Positions 45,019 through 54,600 of a stretch of 64,000 nucleotides of DNA are shown here, in pieces (within the stretch, counting starts at the first letter, position 1; each line of letters opens with the position of its first letter). A program made the translations under genes and the position numbers. The notes under the pieces are model-generated. The model saw nothing but the letters and a program-made list of their open reading frames with translations. It had not been told where the DNA came from and did no database searches. The stretch comes from a virus (Duplodnaviria; Caudoviricetes), in IMG/VR virus record IMGVR_UViG_3300020577_006105, one strand, 5' to 3'.

Positions 45019-47706
45019 TTATTGAACTCTGTATACCTTAAATTCTGGTTCAAGTGCATATGCTCTCTTCCTTTTGAGAGAGTGGTCGTGCAAATCATCT
45101 TGCTCGTCTGAAAAATCAATAACAATCGCGTTCTCTTTACCCTCTGCTGGTCTTAGGATTCTTCCAACCTGCTGGAATGTCGTTACAGAAGACCGATTAG
45201 AACCCGCAAGTATCAATGAGTCAATAGCTGGTTCGTCAACACCAACGTTTGCCCATTGTGTTGCAATCAAAATATGTTCACCACGACCGCATCTGGCAAG
45301 CATTTCTAATCTGTAGTTCTCTACTTCTTCTGTAATGGTTTCATTACCACTACCATCATCTTTGCCTGGTACAAAGACCGAATCGTAAACCATTTGCTCG
45401 AGGATTTCACCGTGTTCAAGTCTTTCGACAAGTATGAGGACTTTTCTGCCTGCTGCAAAAAGACCTTCGGCAAACTGTTTGATTCGATAGTTTCTCTCCC
45501 AACAATTCACAACATGCTTGAAGTACGCATCATTGTAGTCTGAATGCGTTTCAATATGCTTGATTTTGACCATGAAGATATACGGTTTTACTAGCCATCC
45601 ATCTCTAATCAAGTCACTGGGGCGAATATTGATAAGAATGCGACCGAATGTGCCCTCAATACGTATCTCTTGGTTGTCCTCTCTCCAGGCCGTGGCTGTG
45701 ACACCAAAGCGGTAATACGATTTGGCTGCGTGCTCTCCAAGTCGCTGAATGACAATTGCAGCCGTGTGCGCCTCGTCTACAATGAAGACAGGCGTGTTTC
45801 TGATGAGTTGCTTGATTTGGCCCTTGTTGATAAGTTGTTGTTCGCGGTTTTTGAGCCGTGTTTGTGCCTTTCTCAACGCTGCCTTAGCTGATTTGACATC
45901 ACCCTTGCTTTCTTCGGCTTGTTTGAGCTTCCTTGTGGCATCATTCACGTCATCAATCAGTTGTGCCTTGGTTTTGCGAACTTGCAATCCAGTGAATTCA
46001 TCATATACAACCTTGTCGCCCTTTGCTGTGTATTTCTCATCAAATGCTTGTAGCGCGGTTTGCCATGTTAGGATATTGATGCCATCTGGATTCAAGTCGC
46101 AAATACTGTCGCCGGCGATACCGATTTTAGTCTTTTCTCCGTCAATTCTAAGGTACTTGTGAAACTCTTTTCTGGTTTGGTGCATCAGTGTTTTTGATGG
46201 CACAATGAACACAACTGGTAGTGCTTTGAGTTGCGCTATCAATTCGGCGGAAATCATAGTATTGTGTGTTGGAATCAATGTTTCGCCCGCAAGATACAGC
46301 TTACTTGGTGAGTCAACAGTAATGCATCTCACCGGAGTTGAACTGCGTTCATTGATTGATTTAACATACACGCGACCAATAGTCTTTCTTCGTTTGTAGT
46401 TTATTTTTTCAGATTTTCTAGGGAGTAAACACATGATGTAGTTACTTGGTGAAATCTTTATCCTCCATCTACTTCCAACAACTACTTTGTTTAGTTTTGC
46501 ATCTGATTTCTTAGCATTGACCTGGGCACCAAGACTTCTGCACAATTCAACTACATCTTTGGCAAGCCTTTCGTTGCATAATGTGATTTCTATACGACCA
46601 CAAGAGTCAACATGACCGTCTGTGTCTATGATTCCTGCTAAAACATGCTGTCTTGTTGTGATATTCCCTCGTAGATATTGTTCAGGCACATGCTTGTTAT
46701 TCCAAACACCGATTTCGCGCAATTTTTGTCGCATACCCTTGACGTAATAGTCATATTTGCTCACATGCCTAAGAATGAATCCATGTTTGGCAAATGCATC
46801 TATAAAATGAGACTCGGAAGTAGTGAATATGCCAGATTTGGTGCCACCATCGCCAAGCCAGCAACCGAGCAAATATGGGTCTAGCTCTACTTTCGCATCA
46901 ATTGAAGGATATGAAATCACACTTGGTCTGTCGATATAAAACATTGAACGTTTTTCAGTTCTTCTTTTTCGCTTTTTGGTTCTCCAAGTGCTATCGCCTT
47001 CATTGCGCATGTCATTGAGCATTTGCTGAGTGGTTACTGTAATCATTTGAGACTTGTCACTGTATCCAGGGGTAACTTTTACATTCCATAGATGCTCAGC
47101 GTCGGCAGTGATTGTACTACCATCAGAAAACTCAATATCATAACATGTCTGGTTAAACAATACCGAATGAGCGCACAAAACACGAGTCGTATTTCCATTA
47201 TCATCAAATACAATATCTCCCGTTTCGATTTCACCCATGGTGACCCATCCTCGATTTGCGGTCAAAATTGGAGTATTGATACACAGAGCTTTTCCGCCCC
47301 CGGTGGCGACTGATAACACACCTCGGCCGCGTGCCTTCGCAGCCTCAATGACCAATTCTTGATATGGTCTTAGGGTTCTTTTGTGCTCTTCAAACGCAGT
47401 TGTTACAAGTTTGTCCGTTTCTGGTTTTTCGCGTTTGTTTTCTATTACAAACTCAACATGTCGGTCTTGTAATACTTGCTTAACTCGAAACAACAATCCA
47501 GTTGGGAAAGATTTATCCCTCTTGTTGTATAGGGAAATCTTTCCATCCCAAGTACCCTCTTTGTACTTTTCAGACCACTCAGCACCGCTGACTTGATATG
47601 CCAAGGCATTGCGAAGCTCTTCTCTAATCTCATTAGAGACTTCGTAATCAGTGTGGAAATTCCCAAGTATGTTTGATACTGCGTTGTCTAGGACTATACG
47701 AACCAT
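45019..47706 (-). CDS. UvsW-like SF2 helicase containing an intein (895 aa precursor, ~552 aa spliced)
   Basis: N-terminal YQVSGAEWSEKYKEGTWDGKISL (UvsW-like), LRPYQ, ATGGGK|T, IVDEAH, GVTAT, QQVGRILR. Confidence 0.9.
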   Translation of the reverse strand: MVRIVLDNAVSNILGNFHTDYEVSNEIREELRNALAYQVSGAEWSEKYKEGTWDGKISLYNKRDKSFPTGLLFRVKQVLQDRHVEFVIENKREKPETDKLVTTAFEEHKRTLRPYQELVIEAAKARGRGVLSVATGGGKALCINTPILTANRGWVTMGEIETGDIVFDDNGNTTRVLCAHSVLFNQTCYDIEFSDGSTITADAEHLWNVKVTPGYSDKSQMITVTTQQMLNDMRNEGDSTWRTKKRKRRTEKRSMFYIDRPSVISYPSIDAKVELDPYLLGCWLGDGGTKSGIFTTSESHFIDAFAKHGFILRHVSKYDYYVKGMRQKLREIGVWNNKHVPEQYLRGNITTRQHVLAGIIDTDGHVDSCGRIEITLCNERLAKDVVELCRSLGAQVNAKKSDAKLNKVVVGSRWRIKISPSNYIMCLLPRKSEKINYKRRKTIGRVYVKSINERSSTPVRCITVDSPSKLYLAGETLIPTHNTMISAELIAQLKALPVVFIVPSKTLMHQTRKEFHKYLRIDGEKTKIGIAGDSICDLNPDGINILTWQTALQAFDEKYTAKGDKVVYDEFTGLQVRKTKAQLIDDVNDATRKLKQAEESKGDVKSAKAALRKAQTRLKNREQQLINKGQIKQLIRNTPVFIVDEAHTAAIVIQRLGEHAAKSYYRFGVTATAWREDNQEIRIEGTFGRILINIRPSDLIRDGWLVKPYIFMVKIKHIETHSDYNDAYFKHVVNCWERNYRIKQFAEGLFAAGRKVLILVERLEHGEILEQMVYDSVFVPGKDDGSGNETITEEVENYRLEMLARCGRGEHILIATQWANVGVDEPAIDSLILAGSNRSSVTTFQQVGRILRPAEGKENAIVIDFSDEQDDLHDHSLKRKRAYALEPEFKVYRVQ
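46261..47289 (-). mobile_element. Class-3 (Ala1, WCT) intein with LAGLIDADG homing endonuclease, 343 aa
   Basis: Inserted in Walker A GK|T. Starts ALCINTPILT..GW, block B ITADAEHLW, endonuclease motifs LLGCWLGDG and LAGIIDTDG, block F VRCITVD, ends LIPTHN|T. Confidence 0.9.
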
Positions 47707-47739
47707 AATACAGGCAATGCCTTATTGTATTATCGCACC

Positions 47740-48195
47740 CTAGAGTTCACACGGGCACGGCAAAACCGGCAGTTTATAGTTATCCTCGTCGTCACTCGTT
47801 GCTACAACCTCGCCATCCTTGCTCCTTTGTTGGTTCATTGTTACAAGAATTTTGGCCAGCTCGCGCTCTTCATCATCACTCAAAACTATTTCATTTCTCA
47901 TCCTGGTGATGAAATAGTTTTCACTATATGTTTTGGACTTGCTGTTGGCGGTTTGTTCTGTTTCTTTGACAATTTCATTCCATAACTCAAGTACCTGCTT
48001 GCTTTTTTCAGCGCCAAGTGAGGACTCGAGTTGGCCTTGTAATACATTCATCAGCATTTTGGCATACTGCCGAGTCTTTTTGTTGGCCAGTATGAACTTG
48101 AATAAGAATGTGGCAAACAGCAACGCAATTGGTGGCACAACGTATGGTGCCGCCAATGAGAGATACTGCTTGGCTACTTCAGACCATTCGCTCAT
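47740..48195 (-). CDS. Membrane protein with single N-terminal TM helix (151 aa)
   Basis: YLSLAAPYVVPPIALLFATFLFKFILA followed by a basic patch; holin-like layout possible but unproven. Confidence 0.65.
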   Translation of the reverse strand: MSEWSEVAKQYLSLAAPYVVPPIALLFATFLFKFILANKKTRQYAKMLMNVLQGQLESSLGAEKSKQVLELWNEIVKETEQTANSKSKTYSENYFITRMRNEIVLSDDEERELAKILVTMNQQRSKDGEVVATSDDEDNYKLPVLPCPCEL

Positions 48196-48380
48196 TGTTC
48201 TTTCGATTCAGGCTCTTCTTCGATGGATGTCGCTGGTGTTGCGACTTCTTCTTCAATGACTTCTACTGCTTCCTCGACATCTGCTGGGGTGATAGTAGTT
48301 GCAATCACTTCTTTACCATTCTTAGATTGAGTGTAAATAGATTCCACTCGGCCACCTGGTACTGTTCTCTTCATGCTCAT
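48192..48380 (-). CDS. Small acidic hypothetical protein (62 aa)
   Basis: GGAG SD upstream; ATGA overlap with the next gene. Confidence 0.55.
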   Translation of the reverse strand: MSMKRTVPGGRVESIYTQSKNGKEVIATTITPADVEEAVEVIEEEVATPATSIEEEPESKEQ

Positions 48381-48385
48381 TTTGT

Positions 48386-49450
48386 TTATTTCTCCGGCGC
48401 ATTCTCGTTGGTTGTCAAATATGCATTCAGCGCTGCTTCTTGCGCATCTGACAACTTGTCAGGCATCTTATACACGACTACGATATTTGCGTCATGTCGT
48501 TTACCGCTCATATCGCACAAACCTTTGTGTTTTAACACGATACGAGTGTTTGGTTCTGTCATCTTAGGAATATCTATTATCAATTCCTCTTTTGGCTTCA
48601 AGCCATTGGCTTTTACCTTACATCCAAGCATGGCTCTTATAGGGTCTACAAGCAGTTCATAGTTGGCTGTATACCCGTCAAATTTACAATGCCTGCTGAC
48701 AGGCACGACTACGATGACTAAATCACCTGGTGGTGCTGATAGTGTTTCTTGATGGCCTTGTTCGGATACAACCATACTACCGAATGCACAATTAGCCGGC
48801 ATTTTGAGAGAGATTTCTTCGTTTGATGTCTTGAGTCCAATTCCATCACATGATTTGCAATTTGAATCGTAGGTTTGACCTTTGCCTCTGCATTTATCAC
48901 ATACACCTCGCTCTTGTATTACCATGTTGCCCGCCCTTCTTACTTGCGTTCTATATCCAACACCCTGACATTCGTTGCAGATTGTTATGTTGCCAGCACC
49001 ACCGCTTCCAGAGCAATCTCGACACGCAGACACTTTTTGATACTTGATGTGTGCGTCATGTTCTGAGAACAGTTTTGATGCATTGACCTCATAATGCACT
49101 ACAACATTCGGATTTCTGACTTGTGGTTGATGGAAGTTAAACCCAAATCCATTCATAAAGTCGAATGGATTTCCAGCCCCGTCCCATTCGTGCCTGCCAG
49201 TACGAGAATAAATCGGTTCTCCGCTGGAGTCAATTACCCCGTTGTCAAAATCCCTGCGCTTTTCAGGGTCGGTTAAGAGCGCATAAGCAGCTCCAATTTC
49301 TTTGAATTTCTCTTCTGCCTCAGTGTTGTTTGGGTTGACGTCTGGATGATATTGCCTCGCGAGCTTGCGATAGGCAGATTGGATTTCCTTGGCCGAAGCT
49401 GTCTTGCTTACTCCAAGTATCTCATATGGAGATTTTGTTTGGCCACTCAT
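48386..49450 (-). CDS. dnaJ: Class A J-protein DnaJ (354 aa)
   Basis: J-domain (YHPDVN), G/F-like linker, four CxxCxGxG repeats, PGDLVI C-terminal domain. TGGTATCAT lies 6 nt before the ATG. Confidence 0.95.
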   Translation of the reverse strand: MSGQTKSPYEILGVSKTASAKEIQSAYRKLARQYHPDVNPNNTEAEEKFKEIGAAYALLTDPEKRRDFDNGVIDSSGEPIYSRTGRHEWDGAGNPFDFMNGFGFNFHQPQVRNPNVVVHYEVNASKLFSEHDAHIKYQKVSACRDCSGSGGAGNITICNECQGVGYRTQVRRAGNMVIQERGVCDKCRGKGQTYDSNCKSCDGIGLKTSNEEISLKMPANCAFGSMVVSEQGHQETLSAPPGDLVIVVVPVSRHCKFDGYTANYELLVDPIRAMLGCKVKANGLKPKEELIIDIPKMTEPNTRIVLKHKGLCDMSGKRHDANIVVVYKMPDKLSDAQEAALNAYLTTNENAPEK

Positions 49451-49465
49451 AATGATATGATACCA

Positions 49466-50131
49466 TTATCGAGACATTGAGTGTATAGCATCGGCAACAA
49501 TAGACACCAGCTTGTTACTTGGCTGTACACTGTTGAGGCCGACAAGCAATGGTGTTTGCCCGGTTCTGTCAAGAATTCCCAGAACCATTCCAATGAGCTT
49601 TCCGTCTTGGTTTAAGACCATCCCGCCACTTGAACCAGGCAGAAGGTCAATATCAATGAGAATCAAGTCGTTCCATGCTGGCGAATTCTCATCTATCTCT
49701 GGTGATTGGTGAATGTTTGTGACTCTGCCAACCGTACTTGTATCGTGAAACCCTTCCGGGGAAGCAATTACTGCTATCATATCCCCTCGCTCGACCTCAT
49801 TGCTGTTTCCGAACTCTATCTTTCCAATGTGTTCTTTGATTTTTGGCAAATAGACAATAGCTATGTCCAATTCGGGATTGGATGAAATCATTTTAGCCGG
49901 ATACATTGATATGCCATCGAATGTAACATTGATAGACACTGAAGGAGAGTACTCACCAATCACATGAGCAGCCGTCACAATCAATCCATGCCCGACGTGA
50001 AACCCGCTTCCTGTGGCGTATTCTTTTGGCGTAACAACAGACACAGTACACGAAGCCTGTTGCCCAATGCGAATTACTTCTCGCATTGGGTCTTCGTTTT
50101 TGTACTGGGCGTATCTGTTGATTCTATGCAT
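49466..50131 (-). CDS. Trypsin-like (S1/HtrA-type, no PDZ) serine protease with MHRINRYAQ N-terminus
   Basis: GSGF, TAAHV (His), LDIAIV (Asp), PGSSGG (Ser). Confidence 0.9.
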   Translation of the reverse strand: MHRINRYAQYKNEDPMREVIRIGQQASCTVSVVTPKEYATGSGFHVGHGLIVTAAHVIGEYSPSVSINVTFDGISMYPAKMISSNPELDIAIVYLPKIKEHIGKIEFGNSNEVERGDMIAVIASPEGFHDTSTVGRVTNIHQSPEIDENSPAWNDLILIDIDLLPGSSGGMVLNQDGKLIGMVLGILDRTGQTPLLVGLNSVQPSNKLVSIVADAIHSMSR

Positions 50132-50687
50132 GTTTATGATTGAAGTTTACAGGCGGCGGTGTTTTTCTTTGGTTCACAACTGATGGATACCAAAATGTCT
50201 CCGGTGTTTCTGTATAGTTCATTACTCCTATGATATCTTTTACATCAACAAGTCCAATATACCCAGAACCTAAACTAATATTGTTGGGTGCATCGCCCTC
50301 AACCCATATGTAATCCAGTGGTATGCTTATCCATTCATGCGACAGATTAAGCCATACGTATTCCATCGACACAATAGATGCATAGAACTGTCCATCGTTG
50401 ATGCCGTAACACACTGGTATTTCATCACCAGATAGTGCTACGATTCGTTTGATGTATGTTTCATTTTTGATTTTGAAGATGATAACATCTCCGCGTTGTA
50501 ATTGCCTCCCCTTTTTGTTTGCCAAATGCCATGAACCGTTTTTGTAAGTTGGTTCCATAGAGTGACCGTTTATGGTCACAAGCACGAATGGTGAAAAAAA
50601 GTTGAGCCACACAAGTGACAAGATTAAAGATATTGATATAGTGTATACGGTTAGTTTAGTCCACTTTTCGTGTTGAGACACCTTCAT
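50124..50687 (-). CDS. lepB: Signal peptidase I (S26)
   Basis: N-terminal TM, GHSMEPT (Ser), RGDVIIF, YIKRIVA (Lys), WVEGD. Confidence 0.88.
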   Translation of the reverse strand: MKVSQHEKWTKLTVYTISISLILSLVWLNFFSPFVLVTINGHSMEPTYKNGSWHLANKKGRQLQRGDVIIFKIKNETYIKRIVALSGDEIPVCYGINDGQFYASIVSMEYVWLNLSHEWISIPLDYIWVEGDAPNNISLGSGYIGLVDVKDIIGVMNYTETPETFWYPSVVNQRKTPPPVNFNHKHA

Positions 50688-50729
50688 TTATTTGGTTACC
50701 ATCATTTCTGTTACAGGTGCCAAAGTACA

Positions 50730-51650
50730 TTATTGTTTCCAATTGACGTTGGCAAAATCAGGGATACCAAAGCCTACATCTCCATCCTTGCCGATGTGCC
50801 CTGCACGACCCTTAGGGTCGCATACTGAGTCAAGAGCCTCGAGCATCTTCAGATACCCCTTAATTGGCTCAACCCCGGCAGTATTACGGCTGTGTGATAT
50901 CAATAAAGCACACACACCAGCCACATAGGGCGCCGCTTGACTAGTTCCATTCAAGACAGCATATCCATTGTTCAAACTAGTGGAGTAAATACCCACACCA
51001 GGTGCGCTAACATCGACTGCGGAGTCATGTGAAGAGAAATGTGCCATATTGCCCTGTTGGTCAATGGCGGCAACCGCAATAACTTCGTCGTATCTTGCGG
51101 GATAATTTACAGCAGCGGCGTCGTTCCCTGCCGCAGAAATCACAATGATTCCCTTGGCGGCGGCTTCTTGAATTGCTGCATATAAGCTGGGTGGTGGTGG
51201 CTGAGGAGAACCAAGGCTAAGGTTGATGATATCAGCACCATTTGAAATAGCGTGATGAATTCCCTGCTCAATCCAACCATAGTTTCCACGCGCAGAATCA
51301 TTTAGAACTTTGACTGACATAATTCTGGCTTCTGGCGCAACCCCAATAACACCATTGTCGTTAATTTCTCTAGCCGCAATAATTCCGGCCACGTGTGTTC
51401 CATGTCCCTGTTGGTCTAGAATAGTTTGTGAATCTGTGAAGTTAACTTTGTCGCCAAAAATCGCGCCGTCTAAACACGGATGCGAGGCCACACCGGTGTC
51501 TAATACAGCGACAAGTACGCCTTCACCCTTTGTGTGCTTCTGTGCTTCAGAAATATGCGACATGAAAATGCCCCAATTTTGGGCTTTCTCAATAGACATG
51601 GCCATAATTTCTGGATACATGTCTTCTGGTGTTAGAAAATCAATTAACAT
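50730..51650 (-). CDS. Subtilisin-like S8 serine protease (306 aa, no signal peptide)
   Basis: VAVLDTG, HGTHVAG, INLSLG, AAGN, GTSQAAP. Confidence 0.95.
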   Translation of the reverse strand: MLIDFLTPEDMYPEIMAMSIEKAQNWGIFMSHISEAQKHTKGEGVLVAVLDTGVASHPCLDGAIFGDKVNFTDSQTILDQQGHGTHVAGIIAAREINDNGVIGVAPEARIMSVKVLNDSARGNYGWIEQGIHHAISNGADIINLSLGSPQPPPPSLYAAIQEAAAKGIIVISAAGNDAAAVNYPARYDEVIAVAAIDQQGNMAHFSSHDSAVDVSAPGVGIYSTSLNNGYAVLNGTSQAAPYVAGVCALLISHSRNTAGVEPIKGYLKMLEALDSVCDPKGRAGHIGKDGDVGFGIPDFANVNWKQ

Positions 51651-51666
51651 ATGTGCCTCATGTCAT

Positions 51667-51694
51667 ATATTCGATGACTAGAGCACAGTTACCT
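51667..51694 (-). promoter_or_regulatory. AGG-N19-GAA putative phage late promoter
   Basis: AGG TAACTGTGCTCTAGTCATC GAATAT, upstream of the S8-S26-S1 protease run. Confidence 0.55.
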
Positions 51695-54600
51695 CGTCGC
51701 TTCTAACACTTGTTCCATAGTTTTGTCCGTCATATGGCGACACTATGAATGACAGCACTCGACCTGATGTGACCAGTTCGATTGGCAAGCTAACACCCAC
51801 ATACAACGATTCTTCCGAATCTTTGTTGTACCATGTAACAACACTTTCGTCATTGGTGCCATCAATGTCCTCAAATACATATTGAGCAGTGACAGTTGCG
51901 CCTGCCGGCACATAGTATTTGCCATCAATAGTGGTTTTCTGTGGCGAAGATACGTTAGCGCCAGTGACCCATGGTGGCGAGTTGTCTCCAAGCATAATTG
52001 AAGGCAATGAGTCCACTTCATCCCCATAACTGAACCCGTCATGTGGTGCAACCTTGACGTACCATCTATCCCCGTCCTTGAACAAGTCAAGTGTTCCTAT
52101 GTCAATCAATCGTTGTACGGTTCGGTTGTCATAATCCTCGCCGCCAACAAATCCATTGATTGCAGCAATTCGGACGAAATCATTATCATCAACCTCGCTG
52201 TAAATACCAGTGTCTTCTCCTGGGCGATACCTCCACCAACTTGTAGTGGTTTGTCTCTCCTTCGCATCATTTGGAGACAAATATTCGTACTCTATTGTTA
52301 GCCTTGTGTATGCGGTAGCATCATCACCTGGTGAAATCATTAGAGTGCCGTCGACAACCTGCGGTGGGTCTGGATTTTGATAACTAAATATGATACTGCG
52401 ATTTGTTCTTTGGGTGTAATAAACCCCAAATCGCTCAACATTTACACTGGTGTTGCTGTAATCCAATACTTCACAACCAACCCTAAATACGCCGGCATGC
52501 TGGATATACACAGTGACAATATCAGACACTTCACGTTCTTTCAAGAAGACAATAAGACCTTCTTCTGGAGACGTCCAATAACCACCGCGCTGAATATTTC
52601 CGTTCACTAATACAACCACTGTAGCGTCATACGGCCAACGACCGTTTACGGCATGGTATACACGATTGTCAGTTGTGGTTGTTGGTTCACCATCGTATAC
52701 ATATAGCTTTTGTGGGGTTATGATTGTTACTCTAACCTGTGTTCCTGCTGGCTGCTCGTCTCTGAAATACACAATACCTAGCGCATAATCGTATGTGTAA
52801 TATGGATTTTCTGGGTCATATCGCACCTCGACACCACCAATGTACACTTTAATGGTATCATCTGGTAACCAATTGGTTGGTTCTCCATTGCCGTCCAAAA
52901 CCTGATATGCGATATTGTCGACTGTTGATGTGTTTAGCAATTCTTGCACAATCTCGTCGCTAAATTGAATGCTTTGTTGTCTGTTTGGCAAACATCCTTT
53001 ACGGTTAGTGCGAACTGTCTCAAAATCTGCAAAATCAGTAGAATTGCCACGCACAATACCCCATGTGATTGAAGATGTTCTAGGGATATCTATGACAGGT
53101 GACAATAGATATTCAAACAGCATTCCATCAATATCGCGGGCCTCGGTCACAAGGTATTTTCTACCAGGTGTGACTTCTGTGTACGTGATACTATTGACTT
53201 GCGGTCTGATTGGCACTTCGTTGAATTCGTCCCAGCCATCAGACATTGACACGGTGAATTCCAGACCATAAACCAAGCAATCTACAGTTGAAGAAATACC
53301 ACTTTCGAGTGTAATCCAAGATGACCAATCAACTCTGTTTTGCGTAAAACGGTATTGAATTGAGCAGCTTGAACCTGGGTCTGCACTAAATCCAGCTTCC
53401 ACATTTCTAATCCAAGTAGATTCATCAAAATCAATCGACTTTGTCCAACTACTTGCAAAAATTGAATTGTCGCCAGTGTGCATCAATGTGCCCTCCACTG
53501 ATTCCCAATCGCCACCGGATGCACCTCGTTTGATAGTGGCATAGATGCCACCAGACTCATCACCCATGGTTTTCAGGTCTGTTTGCCTTTGTGATGTTTC
53601 GGTGCCCAATGCTATAATCTTGGTGCCATGCTGTGGCCAGCCGGCCACAGCACTTAATGCTACATTCTCGGCAGTTTGGCTGCCAGTATCATCACCGTCG
53701 CCAACAACAACAATGATTGGCATAAAGGTATTCGCCCATCGAGTGATGACATATTCTGAAACGTCTTCATAGTCTTTGATTGCGTTGATTTTGACTTCAT
53801 CAGAAGGGTCATCATATGGCCAATCAGAACGAGTTCCAACCGGTTCTGATTCGAACCATGTTACGATGTCATCGAGACGTAGTAATTGCTTGCTTGGGTC
53901 ATTAAGATACTCTACGACTTCTCCAACCAAAACACTCCAATCATCAGATTCCAAAATAGACTCTATGATAGCTTGAGGGAACATTGTAGTTGTTGCAAGT
54001 TGCGCGGCTTCATTCAGTGTTGATTTGGTGCCTCTTTCAAACAAGCCGCCAAGATAAATAGCTAACTGGTCTGGGTCATTGGTATACCCGCCTGTTCTGT
54101 CAATGATACTTGTCCCAAATGTGTACACTGAACCCCAAGATGGATAGTAGGTATCAGAATCAACTGTGATGTACTTGGTTCTTCTCCATATTTTATTCAT
54201 CAAAGAGGTCAATGAATCGCCTCTTGAACCATCGCCCAAATCATTATCCGGGTCACCCCAGTCCATACTTTGTGAGTCATCAATGACCCATGCGGCTGCG
54301 ATTTTGAAGTCGGTTGTTAGCGCGTTGCTGTCTGTGGCGATAAAACCACGGCCCTCGCCTTCTGACAAATCCACACTAACAACAGTTTCGGTGGCCTCTG
54401 GCTCAGGGTCAAAATGCACCCTAAAGAACAAATCAGCAATACCACCATTGTAACCATCAATAGTCGACCACGAACCATCATACTTAAACGCCTTACCGTC
54501 AGTGTATGGATTGTCCAATGTTGTTTTGTGCCACCTGAAGACCTTTGTGCCACCGGCTCCTGGGTCTGGCACCTCTTCGGCAACCAAAGCATAAGTGCTA

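Noticed and set aside
44591-49470. CIRCE/HrcA or sigma32 heat-shock elements at dnaK/dnaJ
   Set aside because: No TTAGCACTC-N9-GAGTGCTAA or CTTGAA-N13/14-CCCCAT match seen upstream of either gene.
21260-51650. Bacterial chromosome segment (gyrBA, dnaK, dnaJ, rnhB, lepB, phoH)
   Set aside because: These genes are divergent, lack their usual neighbours (dnaA/dnaN/recF, grpE/hrcA, rplS) and are interleaved with virion genes and a UvsW-like helicase, which fits a large phage better.
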